Positions 49,251-59,623 of a stretch of DNA of 64,000 nt are shown piece after piece (the stretch's first letter is position 1; the number at the start of each line of letters is the position of its first letter). The notes beneath the pieces were generated by a model. It was not told where the DNA came from. It searched no databases and worked only from the letters and a program-made list of their open reading frames with translations. Source of the stretch: Fibrobacteria bacterium (GTDB taxonomy: Bacteria; Fibrobacterota; Fibrobacteria; UBA11236; JADFYW01); the NCBI GenBank assembly GCA_050294405.1, contig JBNKOC010000027.1, positions 76,284 through 140,283 on the forward strand, read 5' to 3'. A program made the translations under genes and the position numbers.

Positions 49251-50123
49251 ATGTCAAACTCAAAAACGGATAAGATTTTAGTAGTAGGCGGTACTGGAAC
49301 CGTCGGCTCTGAAGTGACTTCCCAATTAAAAAAAGAGGGGTATCAGGTTCGCATTACCAGCAGCAAACCCAGCCAAAACCCAGAAGCCGTACAGGTGAAT
49401 TTAATTAGCGGCGAAGGTCTGGAGGCTGCATTTTCCGGAATTGACCGCGCCTTTTTTCTTTCCCCCGGAGGGTACGCCGATCAGTACCAAATGTTAGCGC
49501 CCCTTATTGAAAAAGCAAAAGAAAACAAACTTAAAAAAGTGGTACTAATGAGCGCCATGGGTGCGGAACAAAACGCCGAATCGCCTTTACGTCGCGCCGA
49601 AGTTTTGCTTGAAAATTCTGGTCTTGCCTACAACATCATCCGGCCCAGCTGGTTTATGCAAAACTTTAACAGCTTTTGGGTTTATAACATCCAGACTCAA
49701 AACCAAATCCGTTTACCAGTGGCTGATGGAAAAACTGGTTTTATCGACACCCGGGATATTGCAGCAGTGGCCGCCAAGTTACTCACATCCGATAAACATA
49801 ATAACGAGGCTTTCGGACTAACCGGACCTGAATTGCTGGACCACAGCCAGGTGGCAGAGTTAATTTCCAATGCAGCCGGAAGAACTATTGAATTCATAGA
49901 CATCGATCCTGAAGAACTAAAACAAACCTTATTAGGCATTGGCTTACCCGCGGATTACACCGAATTTCTATTGCTGATTCTTGGTTTTTTGAAAGCAGGA
50001 TACAGCGCAGTACTGACAAATTCAGTTCAGGACATCCTGGGCAGAGAACCGATTTCTTTCAAGCAATACGCTGAAGATTATAAAAACGCCTGGAAAGCGG
50101 CCAAAGAATTAAGCCCGTCTTAA
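49251..50123 (+). CDS. NmrA-like atypical SDR oxidoreductase
   Basis: ILVVGGTGTVG, IRPSWFMQN, FIDTRDIA, LTGPE, LGREP; divergent from AraC; GGAGG RBS. Confidence 0.9.
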   Translation: MSNSKTDKILVVGGTGTVGSEVTSQLKKEGYQVRITSSKPSQNPEAVQVNLISGEGLEAAFSGIDRAFFLSPGGYADQYQMLAPLIEKAKENKLKKVVLMSAMGAEQNAESPLRRAEVLLENSGLAYNIIRPSWFMQNFNSFWVYNIQTQNQIRLPVADGKTGFIDTRDIAAVAAKLLTSDKHNNEAFGLTGPELLDHSQVAELISNAAGRTIEFIDIDPEELKQTLLGIGLPADYTEFLLLILGFLKAGYSAVLTNSVQDILGREPISFKQYAEDYKNAWKAAKELSPS

Positions 50124-50170
50124 TTAAATAGGTTATACATTATTTTTATACCGGTTTATTTTTCTAATGT

Positions 50171-50197
50171 ATCCCCCGTTTGCGGGGGATTTTTTTT
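50171..50197 (+). terminator. Intrinsic terminator
   Basis: ATCCCCCG-TTTG-CGGGGGAT followed by a T run. Confidence 0.85.
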
Positions 50198-50350
50198 ATC
50201 TGTAATTTTTCTTACGATTTTTGCCTAAAAAAGGCGCAATTCCCCAAATTTCCTGGAGGAAGACAAAAATACCTGCCTAATTTGCGAATGTCGGCCTGCT
50301 CAAAAAAATATAAATTGCCTAAGAGAGCTTGAATCAACTTGGATGCATAC

Positions 50351-51499
50351 ATGAATCGCAAATTTTCTTTATTTTTAATTATTGTTTTTATTGTTGGCGC
50401 CTTAACCGGTTTCACCCAAAACTACAGCTGGAATAACCCCAGCTCCAACCTTCCCAATGGCATCAGCCACCATACATATCGCAGCGAAGTTTTGAATACA
50501 GATGTTGGCTATAGTATTTACCTGCCTCCGAATTACAGCAATAGCGAAGAAGAGTATCCTGTAATTTATTCTCTTCACGGAATGGGAGGAAACGAAAATT
50601 CAAATTGCGGCCTATTTGGAGGAATCCTTCAGGATGGCATTAACAACAACGACTTCCCGCCAGTAATTATGGTTTTTGTAAACGGCAGAGGAAATACTTT
50701 TTACAGCGACTCCAAAGACGGCAGCCTCAAATGCGAAACATCTATAATCACAGAGTTGATTCCTCACATTGATGAAACTTACCGCACCAAATCCTATAGA
50801 GGCCAACGAGCCATTGAAGGTATCTCCATGGGTGGTTTTGGGGCGCTTATGTTAGGTTTTAAATACCCAGATACATTTGGAAGCATTGGTTCTTATGATG
50901 CGGCCCTTGTAACCTGGGATACGTTAAGCGAACAGCAATTCGACCAATCTATCCCCAACCAAATTTTTGGCGGTGACAGGGAATATTTCAACCAAAATAG
51001 CTACCCTCCCACGTTGGCCACTAAAAACGCAGACAGCATTAAAGCGCTTAACATTAAAGTTCGTATGACTACTGGTGATAACGATTTTCAAATGGGGCCC
51101 TTGTATAATTACAATCTTTCCATGCGGGACACCCTAAACGCTTTGGGTATCGAACTGGACTTTAATGTTATCCCCGGCGGCACTCACGGCGCGGGAATGA
51201 ATCAAAATTCTGGAAAGGCGAATATCCTTTTTCATTTAGAAAATTTCACCGAAGAGCCCCTGTTTGTTTTTAATCCGAATAATGCAGAAAACAAAACATC
51301 AACATTTCGCCAAAGTTATTTTTATTACACTCCCGGAAAATTTAACCTTTATTCAAAGAAGCTAAATCTCAAAAACCAACGTATCGAAATATACCATGTT
51401 AGTGGAAAAAAAATTGGAATATTCAATTTTGCCGATATTAAAAATGGCCTGAAAAACAGGCCATTGACAGAAGGTTTTTATATTTTCAACTTTCTATAA
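50351..51499 (+). CDS. Secreted alpha/beta-hydrolase esterase (CE1-like)
   Basis: Signal peptide; IYLPPNY, YPVIYSLHG, ELIPHID, GISMGG nucleophile, PGGTH; tail IYHVSGKKI..EGFYIF. Confidence 0.85.
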   Translation: MNRKFSLFLIIVFIVGALTGFTQNYSWNNPSSNLPNGISHHTYRSEVLNTDVGYSIYLPPNYSNSEEEYPVIYSLHGMGGNENSNCGLFGGILQDGINNNDFPPVIMVFVNGRGNTFYSDSKDGSLKCETSIITELIPHIDETYRTKSYRGQRAIEGISMGGFGALMLGFKYPDTFGSIGSYDAALVTWDTLSEQQFDQSIPNQIFGGDREYFNQNSYPPTLATKNADSIKALNIKVRMTTGDNDFQMGPLYNYNLSMRDTLNALGIELDFNVIPGGTHGAGMNQNSGKANILFHLENFTEEPLFVFNPNNAENKTSTFRQSYFYYTPGKFNLYSKKLNLKNQRIEIYHVSGKKIGIFNFADIKNGLKNRPLTEGFYIFNFL

Positions 51500-51664
51500 A
51501 GTTGCCGCGATTGGGCTCGTCTTCCGAGGCCTTCGCTTTTGCCAACCACAATCAGAACCCTATTTCTTCTGCAAAATCTTACCACTCCGATTTTGCCCAA
51601 CCTATTGCCGTGCAAAAACAGTGAAAAGGCTTAAATTGTGGATTTTTTTTGTATTTTTGTGCTT

Positions 51665-54364
51665 ATGTACCACCAAAGCCTATTTGACCTCAAGGTCGCC
51701 GCCAAATTTGAGCTGTATAACAGCCTTTTTCTTCGCCTACCCTTCAATCAGGTAAAAAAGTCTGGAACTATGCTCCCGGTTTTCACAGATTTTTGCCACT
51801 CAAAACTACAAGATGGTCTGGGACCACTTAAAATTATCGAGTCCTTTTTCGACAGAGTGGAAGATGTGAAAAACGATAAGCAAATCATAGATAGGCTATT
51901 TGATTTTCTTCGTTTTGTGGAACGCCAGGTTGTGCTTTTTGATGCCCTTGAGGATGCCGCCTATGGAGAATTACATGATATATACGGCCCTGGCTCTTTA
52001 AAAGATGTTCTGAATCAAATCGAATCCAATGAGTTTGAAGATAAATACAAAAAACTATTGGAGTCTTTTAATGTAAGAGTTGTATTAACGGCTCACCCCA
52101 CCCAATTCTATACGCCGCAGGTTCTAGGTATTTTAGATGATTTGGTAGAACAAATGAAGGGAAATGACCTGGCCAAAATCAATGATTTGCTTTTGCAAAT
52201 GGGCAAAACCCCCTTTAAGAAAAAGAGCAAACCTTCTCCTGTGGATGAGGCGGAAGCTCTCATATGGATTTTAGAAAATGTTATGTACAACATTATTCCA
52301 GATTTGAATTTTGCCTTTCATAGAACTGTTGATGGGGTAAAAAACCTGGGGCAAAAACCCATTGTGGAATTGGGATTCTGGCCGGGAGGCGATAGAGATG
52401 GAAATCCATTTGTAGACTCACGAGTGACAAGGCAAGTGGCCATTACCTTGCATCAAAAACTGGTGTCCTTGTATTTATCAGAAATCTCCGTATTGAAAAG
52501 GCGATTGACTTTTGAGGGAATTTTTGAATCCCTACTAACCATTGAAGACAAATTGGAAATAACTTTCAACCCCTTAAAAGAAGAATTGTTAGCTGCACGG
52601 GAGCTAGATCCAAGTGAAAGCTCCGACCTTAAATTCCTCTCCTTAAAACACAATGGCTACCACCGTCCCCAGGAATTAATCGGAGATTTAATGGAATTGC
52701 GTCAGCAATTGCTGGCAAATCACGACGGCTTGTTTCTAAATGATTTGGATAAATTTATTTCCAAAGTGCAAACATTCGGGTTTCACTTCGCCATCCTCGA
52801 TATCAGGCAGGACTCCCGTATCCATGGGCAGGCTTTAGAAGCAATATGGGATAAACTCAAAAGTTTCTCAGGAAATTTTCAAAAATTCAAATCCTATTTG
52901 GACTTATCCGAGACTAAAAAAATTGAGGCTCTGTTACAACTCCTACCTAATATTGAGCAATTAAGTTCCAAAGAAAAAAAGGCCCTTTTAGATGTATGTC
53001 TGGGAGAATTGAGCGATCCGGTACACAAAGATTGCTTTGAAAGCATCCAGGCTTTACAATGGGTTCAGGAATTAAACGGACCTAGCTCTTGCGAGCGCTA
53101 TATAATCAGCAATTTCAAAGGTATTAGTGATTTATTAACCGTATGGCTTTTCGCCACAATGTGTGGATTGAAGAAAAACTCTTTTAATATTGACATTGTC
53201 CCTCTTTTTGAAAGCATCGAAGATTTAAAAAAATCTCATAAAATAATGGATGAGTTGTATAACATCGCCTCATACCGTAAGTATTTAAAAAGCAGAAATG
53301 ACAGGCAATATATAATGCTTGGCTTTTCAGATGGCACTAAGGATGGCGGTTATTTAACCGCTAATTGGGAAATTTTAAGCGCAAAACAAAGGTTAACGGA
53401 AGTAGCAAATACTCATGGGTTAGAAGCTGCATTCTTTGATGGTCGTGGCGGTCCTCCTGCCCGAGGAGGGGGAAAGACTCATAAATTTTATCGTTCTCTG
53501 GGATCGAAAGTAAACAGTCATTACATACATATTACTATCCAGGGCCAAACCATCACTTCAAATTTCGGAACTCCCATTAGCGCACGCCATAACTTTGAGC
53601 AATTGGCCACTGCAGGTATTGAGAACGAGCTTTTTCCTTTGGGATCCTCCGAACTGGAAAAAACAGAAACCCGATTGATTCAGCAGTTATCTAACATCGC
53701 CTTTGAACACTATTCCAACTTAAAACACGACCCTCTTTTCATTGAATATCTGGAAGAAGTAACCCCTCTTGCCTACTATGGTGATGCAAACATTGCCAGC
53801 CGGCCCACCAAAAGAAAGGCGGAAGGCAAATTGCAACTGGGTCATTTGCGAGCCATTCCCTTTGTGGGCTCCTGGAGCCAAATGAAACAAAATGTTCCGG
53901 GATATTTTGGCTTAGGGACAGCCCTAAAAACATTGGGTGAAAAAGGAAAATTAGAGGAACTCAAAAAATTATACCAACACTCTTTGTTTTTTAAAACTCT
54001 TTTGGACAACTCCATGCAAAGCCTGAGCAAAACCAATTTTGAGTTAACTCAATATTTGGCCAAGGACAAAAAATTTGGAAAGTTCTGGAGTCAACTAAAA
54101 ACAGAAGCAAATTTAACAGAAGAGTGGCTCAAAAAAGTAAGCGGCCATGATTCTTTAATGGGCTACGATAGAAACAATCAAAAGTCTATTGAATTGCGAG
54201 AATCATTAACATTGCCCGTAGCTGTTATCCAGCAATATGCTTTACAAAAAATCAGGGCATTAAAAAAAGACAGTTCAAAAAACCAAAAAGAAATAACAGT
54301 CCTTGGAAAAATGGTTATTAAAAGTATGGCGGCATGTGTGAACGCCATGCGTAACTCTGTTTAA
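51665..54364 (+). CDS. ppc: Phosphoenolpyruvate carboxylase
   Basis: VLTAHPT, GGDRDGNP, DIRQDS, VPLFES, GFSDGTKDGG, GRGGPPARGGG, LRAIPF, terminal MRNS. Confidence 0.96.
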   Translation: MYHQSLFDLKVAAKFELYNSLFLRLPFNQVKKSGTMLPVFTDFCHSKLQDGLGPLKIIESFFDRVEDVKNDKQIIDRLFDFLRFVERQVVLFDALEDAAYGELHDIYGPGSLKDVLNQIESNEFEDKYKKLLESFNVRVVLTAHPTQFYTPQVLGILDDLVEQMKGNDLAKINDLLLQMGKTPFKKKSKPSPVDEAEALIWILENVMYNIIPDLNFAFHRTVDGVKNLGQKPIVELGFWPGGDRDGNPFVDSRVTRQVAITLHQKLVSLYLSEISVLKRRLTFEGIFESLLTIEDKLEITFNPLKEELLAARELDPSESSDLKFLSLKHNGYHRPQELIGDLMELRQQLLANHDGLFLNDLDKFISKVQTFGFHFAILDIRQDSRIHGQALEAIWDKLKSFSGNFQKFKSYLDLSETKKIEALLQLLPNIEQLSSKEKKALLDVCLGELSDPVHKDCFESIQALQWVQELNGPSSCERYIISNFKGISDLLTVWLFATMCGLKKNSFNIDIVPLFESIEDLKKSHKIMDELYNIASYRKYLKSRNDRQYIMLGFSDGTKDGGYLTANWEILSAKQRLTEVANTHGLEAAFFDGRGGPPARGGGKTHKFYRSLGSKVNSHYIHITIQGQTITSNFGTPISARHNFEQLATAGIENELFPLGSSELEKTETRLIQQLSNIAFEHYSNLKHDPLFIEYLEEVTPLAYYGDANIASRPTKRKAEGKLQLGHLRAIPFVGSWSQMKQNVPGYFGLGTALKTLGEKGKLEELKKLYQHSLFFKTLLDNSMQSLSKTNFELTQYLAKDKKFGKFWSQLKTEANLTEEWLKKVSGHDSLMGYDRNNQKSIELRESLTLPVAVIQQYALQKIRALKKDSSKNQKEITVLGKMVIKSMAACVNAMRNSV

Positions 54365-54426
54365 TTTTGACATATACATCGTAATTTATTTGCGATAAAA
54401 ACTTTTTTTAAATTCTGGAGGTTGAT

Positions 54427-54798
54427 ATGAAATTGGGCGTATTTTCTGTAAGTCTTGCCGTTAAAAACCTGGAAACATCCAAACAGTTTTATGAAAAAAT
54501 CGGTTTTTCTGTTTTTGCAGGCAACCCTGAGCACAATTATCTGATTATGAAAAATGGCTCTACAATTATAGGTCTTTTTCAGGGCATGTTTGAAAAGAAC
54601 ATTCTTACCTTTAATCCAGGCTGGGATGAAAACGCCGATACTCTGGAAAATTATACAGATGTCAGGGAGTTAAATAGAGAGATGAAAAAAGCTGGCTTAT
54701 CCACTGAACAAGAGGTTTTAGAAGGTGAATCCGGCCCTGGTAGTTTTGTATTAGTCGACCCCGATGGAAATCCTGTATTAATTGATCAGCATGTATGA
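54427..54798 (+). CDS. VOC/glyoxalase family protein
   Basis: SLAVKNLETSKQFYEKIGF, GLFQGMFEKNILTFNPGW, DPDGNPVLIDQH. Confidence 0.9.
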   Translation: MKLGVFSVSLAVKNLETSKQFYEKIGFSVFAGNPEHNYLIMKNGSTIIGLFQGMFEKNILTFNPGWDENADTLENYTDVRELNREMKKAGLSTEQEVLEGESGPGSFVLVDPDGNPVLIDQHV

Positions 54799-54858
54799 TA
54801 GTTTAATAGAACAAGTATTCTATTTGTAAGGTCAAATTAAACTTTAGGATATTCGATT

Positions 54859-55290
54859 ATGTCAGTTGAAAAGGACTCGCTTTTTATACAGGTTAAAGAT
54901 CAAATAAAGAACTACGAAAAAGCAGCGGCACATCACAAAAGGCTAAACCGCATTTTGTGGGGGTTATCTTCATTGGTATCCATAATTGTCGCAATATCAG
55001 CTAATCTGAAGTTTACGCTTTTTGGTATTTCATCTAATCACATAACAAGTATTTTTGCCATATTAGCCCCAGTTGTAACAGGATATGTCATTTTACGCAG
55101 TCCGGAAAGCCTTTGGGTGCTGGAGATTGATATGCGAAATCGTCTCAGAGATTTACAAAAAAAAATCGAGTTTTCTTATGAAAAAAGCCCTGGCTACAAT
55201 CGCGAAACCCTCGAAAAGGAATATTTCGCTATAATGGGTGAGGCCAACAAAAAATGGAGGGAGCTAAAAGAAAATCAGGGAAATTCATAA
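54859..55290 (+). CDS. Two-TM SLATT/DUF4231-like protein
   Basis: QIKNYEKAAAHHKR, two adjacent TM helices, W..MRNRL, terminal EANKKW helix. Confidence 0.6.
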   Translation: MSVEKDSLFIQVKDQIKNYEKAAAHHKRLNRILWGLSSLVSIIVAISANLKFTLFGISSNHITSIFAILAPVVTGYVILRSPESLWVLEIDMRNRLRDLQKKIEFSYEKSPGYNRETLEKEYFAIMGEANKKWRELKENQGNS

Positions 55291-55622
55291 AATTGTCGTA
55301 CCCTGTTTCTACCCCGGCTCCCATTTTTGTGTGGGTAAACCAAAATTCATTTTTAGTGCGCCAATCGATTTTTAAAAATAATTCCAACCCGTGGTACTCA
55401 CTGCGAGGGGCCCCATCCTTATCCATTTCCCAGGAACTGAACTCCTCTTTTCCATTTTGTAGAATTCCCCCATCCAAAAAATGGCGGTATTTAAAATAAA
55501 GGTTAAAATTTTTGTTATCCCAAAAACTGGTTTTGAATTTAAATAAATATCCAATGCAATACTTAGTTAAGCATTGTAAGAATCTAAAATCTATTTAAGT
55601 GACTGGAATTGAAAATTTTGAA

Positions 55623-56756
55623 TTATGGAGTCGATTTTTTAAGAGTAACCATGGGCACCCTTCCCAGAATTGAATTATTTTTTATCTGTCTCCCAGTAAG
55701 AGTAAATACATCAAAATTATTAAAACTGTTTGCTGGCGAAATCTGGAGCTTCCAGCTGTTTTTATTTTCCGTATTTACATTTAGCTTAACGGATACTTCC
55801 GGTTCCTCCTTGGACTTCGAAAATAACCACATGGCTAACAAGGGATTGTGCCAGGCAATCATCCAACCTGAACGGTGGTCTCCCCCAGTTAATTCCGAGT
55901 ATAAATAATCCGCTCCACCCTTTACGGCATTCGTTAGGGAATCCCAGGAAATGCCGCTGGGGTCTTTTGCAACCAAATCCACGGGGTCTGTTCCGTTGGC
56001 AATAGCATCCCGATAGGCGGATAAACTTGGCGCAGGTATAGCAACATCGCTCACAAAGCGAACCACATCATAGCCTTCATTTTCAATGGCATTAGCCATC
56101 AAACGACTTCCAGGATCCGTCCCGCCGAAGGTATCTTCCGAGCCATGAAAAGCCCACCATGGAGTTTGGGCAATAATATCAGCAGCTGCTGTATTGCCGC
56201 CAGCAGCGCAAGGAACAGCCGCAGCAAAAAGACCCGGTCTTTTTTCAATGAGATGGTAAGTCCCCGCGGCTCCCATGGAAAGACCTGTTATGTAAAAGCG
56301 ATTTGTATCCAGGGAAAATTCTCCTCCCAATTCTTCCAGCACATCCACAATTCCCTGAGCTGTGGGGCTTAAATCGCTTCCTCCGCCTCCCATTCCACCC
56401 CAGGTTAAGTCTGGAGGGCATTGAGGCACCATCATAAAATGAGGCACCCTGGTTTGAATACTGTCTAAAATCCAGGGGAAAATCAAATCTTCCAAATCAA
56501 TCTGGCGATTGTTGTCGGTTCCTCTTTCTCCAACACCATGTAAGGAGACAACAATAGGGTATTTTTTATCCGAATCATAGTTCTTTGGAATAAACAACCT
56601 ATACATCATAGTTGTACCCTCATTAAGTCTTATGGACCTGGATTCAAAATCGTTGCGATGGCCTTGAGAATACACACTGCCCAAACAAAACAACAATATT
56701 ATTGATAAAACAGTTTTTGTTTTCAAAAACTTTGAATACATATTGAAACAAGCCAT
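55623..56756 (-). CDS. Secreted alpha/beta-hydrolase (esterase/peptidase-like)
   Basis: YRLFIP, YPIVVSLHGVGERG, VPQCP, RFYITGLSMG, WAFHGSED, GGDH; start uncertain (56768, 56756 or 56741). Confidence 0.82.
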   Translation of the reverse strand: MACFNMYSKFLKTKTVLSIILLFCLGSVYSQGHRNDFESRSIRLNEGTTMMYRLFIPKNYDSDKKYPIVVSLHGVGERGTDNNRQIDLEDLIFPWILDSIQTRVPHFMMVPQCPPDLTWGGMGGGGSDLSPTAQGIVDVLEELGGEFSLDTNRFYITGLSMGAAGTYHLIEKRPGLFAAAVPCAAGGNTAAADIIAQTPWWAFHGSEDTFGGTDPGSRLMANAIENEGYDVVRFVSDVAIPAPSLSAYRDAIANGTDPVDLVAKDPSGISWDSLTNAVKGGADYLYSELTGGDHRSGWMIAWHNPLLAMWLFSKSKEEPEVSVKLNVNTENKNSWKLQISPANSFNNFDVFTLTGRQIKNNSILGRVPMVTLKKSTP

Positions 56757-56953
56757 AATAACCCCCAATTAGTTGTATTTTAGGATATGAGGCATACCCC
56801 GTTTCCCTAGCTGCTAAAAAATCTACTGCCTATCCCTAAAATTGGCAATAGAAATTCCTTTTATCGGCTAAAGCAGAGATAATTAGAGTCTATATCTCGC
56901 AGTATTGCTAATTTTTCAATCCAGAATAAATCACCCAAAATGGAGCAATCCGT

Positions 56954-57391
56954 ATGTCAAGAGTTAGCATCTATTTGAATTTTCCCAATCAAACGGAAAA
57001 GGCGTTTTTATTTTATAAAAATGTATTTAAAGGTGAATTTGCAGGACAGGGCATCATGCGCTATAAAGACATTCCGCCTCAAGAAGGAACTCCGCCGATT
57101 CCCCCTGAAATAAGCAATTTAATTATACATATAGAATTGCCTATTCTTGGTGGAACGGTGCTTATGGGCTCAGATGCTCCTGAGGCAATGGGGTTTAAAT
57201 TAAATAAGGGTAACAATATACATATAAACCTGGAACCCGATACGAGAGCCGAAACTGAGGCCCTCTTTAAAGCCTTGTCTGAGGATGGAACCATCAATCA
57301 AGAGCTTCAGGATATGTTTTGGGGCGGGTACTTTGGGAGTCTTACAGATAAATTTGGAATACAATGGATGTTTAATTGCGTTGAAAAGTAG
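56954..57391 (+). CDS. PhnB-like VOC family protein
   Basis: YLNF..AFLFY, LMGSD, MFWGGYFGSLTDKFGIQWM. Confidence 0.9.
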   Translation: MSRVSIYLNFPNQTEKAFLFYKNVFKGEFAGQGIMRYKDIPPQEGTPPIPPEISNLIIHIELPILGGTVLMGSDAPEAMGFKLNKGNNIHINLEPDTRAETEALFKALSEDGTINQELQDMFWGGYFGSLTDKFGIQWMFNCVEK

Positions 57392-57399
57392 GTGGATTT

Positions 57400-57735
57400 A
57401 TGAGTAACATCACAACCCTTAGCATGGACTTTCTAAAAAAGCTTAAAAAAAATAACAACCGGGAATGGTTTCAAAAAAACAAGCTGCATTATGAACAGGC
57501 CCGTGAGGAATTTGAAAATTTTATTGAGGCTTTAATTGAGGGAGAAAGTCTGAAAAAAGTTCCCAGGGATTTCCCAGCAGACCATCCCTATGGCCATCGG
57601 CTTAAAAAGAAAAGCTTTTTAGCCATTCATAAAGTTTCGGATTCCAACATATTGAATCCCGATTTTTTAAAATATTGCCTTAAGGGCTATAAAAACTTAA
57701 AGCCTTTCGATGATTTTTTAAACCTTAGTGCTTGA
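57400..57735 (+). pseudogene. DUF2461-family gene with large in-frame internal deletion
   Basis: N-terminal FLKKLKKNNNREWF..NK..YE joined directly to C-terminal GESLKKVPRDFPADHP..LKKKSF; only 111 aa. Confidence 0.65.
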
Positions 57736-57763
57736 ACGCTGCAAACTTTCTCAGGAATATTTT

Positions 57764-58282
57764 CTATTCGTTTTTTCTACTCGCATATCCCTCTGGAAGT
57801 TCTTTGGGAGGACAATTTATTACATCGGAGCGGTTAGGCCCACAATCTTCCAGGAAGGTGATTTCTGCAAATTCATCCAAAATAAATTTTGGGTAAGTGG
57901 GTCCGGCATCGCGGTATTCGCGCATTTTATCAAGATGCTGATTTTGGTAGCAAACTGTTTTTTCAGGTTTATCTTCAATCCATTTTGGGAAAAAAGCTGC
58001 ACCATGTAATAATCTTTTTTGCAAGTTTACCGCTAGGCTGACTACTGTTCCAGTTGGTTCATCCCATGAAATTTTATATACATCTTCTGCCAGCTCCACA
58101 AGCTTCATGCTTTGATCGGTAACCCAGCGTCCACCCACTATGCCGCTGTGGATGCGATAATCCATAACATTCCCGTTTTTCACATAAATTTCGTATTGCC
58201 ATCCATTCTCATAGGTATAAATAAGGTGCTTTCCAATTATGCCAGAGCAATTCTCCCCAGTAATAGTGCGTTTCGATAACAT
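57764..58282 (-). CDS. padC: Phenolic acid decarboxylase
   Basis: GKHLIYTYENGWQYE, DYRIHSGIVGGRWV, SWDEPTGT, FFPKWI, KTVCYQN, RDAGPTYPK. Confidence 0.95.
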   Translation of the reverse strand: MLSKRTITGENCSGIIGKHLIYTYENGWQYEIYVKNGNVMDYRIHSGIVGGRWVTDQSMKLVELAEDVYKISWDEPTGTVVSLAVNLQKRLLHGAAFFPKWIEDKPEKTVCYQNQHLDKMREYRDAGPTYPKFILDEFAEITFLEDCGPNRSDVINCPPKELPEGYASRKNE

Positions 58283-58315
58283 ACAATCCTTCTAATAACA
58301 TTTTTAAGTTTCTTT

Positions 58316-59623
58316 TTAACCTGTTCCCATTAATAAATCGGGCAGCCAGGTAGCGATTCCCTTGAAATTAAACAATATCAATAATGCGACTACCAAAGCT
58401 GCAAGAAAAGGAATCACACCCTTATACACAGTTTTTGCAGGAATCCCCGTTACGTTTGCCAAAATAAATACATATATCGCTACAGGCGGTATGACCCCGC
58501 CAATCATTAGGGTAACGCAAATCAATATTCCAAACCATATGGGATCATAGCCTAGTTGAACTGCGGTGGGAAAAAAAATAGGAGTAGCTAGCACCATAAA
58601 AGCCAAATCGTCCATGATGGACCCACCTAACAAATATATAACAACTATCATTATCATTATAAATGCAGGGGGAATTGGAAGGGCCGCCGCCCAATTGGCC
58701 ACCATCATGGGAATTTCAGTTACAGTAAGAAAATGTCCAAATACGTTGGATCCAGCAATTAACATCAAAACCATAATTGAAGTTTTTAGAGCTCCTTTAA
58801 AAGATTTGCTAAGCATAGGCACATTAACCTCTTTCCTAACAAAAGCCAACAATAGAATGGCCACGGTGCCTATGGTGCCTGATTCGGTAGGGGTGAAAAA
58901 GCCTGTTATCATTCCCCCTATAACGGTTCCAAAAATTATAGTGACGATTATGACTTCGGGGACAACCGAAATCCGTTCTCCCCAGCTAGCCCTTTCTGCT
59001 TTAGGAGCGACATCTGGTTTATATGTTACCCATATTGCTATAACCGCCATAAAAAGCCCTGATATCATCAATGCAGGTATAATCCCTGCTAAAAAAAGCC
59101 TGCCAATAGATTGTTCCACTGCAAGCCCATAAATGATAAGAACGGTGCTGGGGGGTAAAATCATGCCGATAGTGCTGACAGACGCCACTGTTCCTGCGGA
59201 GAGTTCTTTTTTGTATCCATAGCGTTTCATTTCCGGCATGGCGAGATTGGAAAAAGTGCCAATAGTTGCCAGAGTGGAACCACACATGGACTTAAAAGCG
59301 GTGGCCCCAATTACCGTAGTCATGGCTAACCCACCAGGGATGTGGCCAAACCATTTGTAGGAGCCTGTATAAAGCCTCTTTGCAATTTTTGAATTTGCCG
59401 CAAATTCTCCCATAAGAATAAAAAGGGGAATGACCGTATAGCTGTATGTAGAAAATACATCCAGAAAATCCTTTACAACCAAATGGGAAGCCGCTGAGAA
59501 AGACATTAAAAATGTAAAGCCCAAAAACCCTACTACTATCATACTGTAGGCCATTTCCAGACCCGCTAAAAATAGCGCTAACATTAAGACAATGGCGCAC
59601 AATCCAATGGCCGGATCACTCAT
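58316..59623 (-). CDS. dctM: TRAP transporter large permease
   Basis: IPLFILMGE, HIPGGLA, PEMKRYGY, GMILPPS, SIGRLFLAGIIP, FTPTE, GYDPIWFG. Confidence 0.95.
   Translation of the reverse strand: MSDPAIGLCAIVLMLALFLAGLEMAYSMIVVGFLGFTFLMSFSAASHLVVKDFLDVFSTYSYTVIPLFILMGEFAANSKIAKRLYTGSYKWFGHIPGGLAMTTVIGATAFKSMCGSTLATIGTFSNLAMPEMKRYGYKKELSAGTVASVSTIGMILPPSTVLIIYGLAVEQSIGRLFLAGIIPALMISGLFMAVIAIWVTYKPDVAPKAERASWGERISVVPEVIIVTIIFGTVIGGMITGFFTPTESGTIGTVAILLLAFVRKEVNVPMLSKSFKGALKTSIMVLMLIAGSNVFGHFLTVTEIPMMVANWAAALPIPPAFIMIMIVVIYLLGGSIMDDLAFMVLATPIFFPTAVQLGYDPIWFGILICVTLMIGGVIPPVAIYVFILANVTGIPAKTVYKGVIPFLAALVVALLILFNFKGIATWLPDLLMGTG

Noticed and set aside
48185..50123. AraC-NmrA divergent pair as a novel system
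   Set aside because: A common, widely distributed arrangement.
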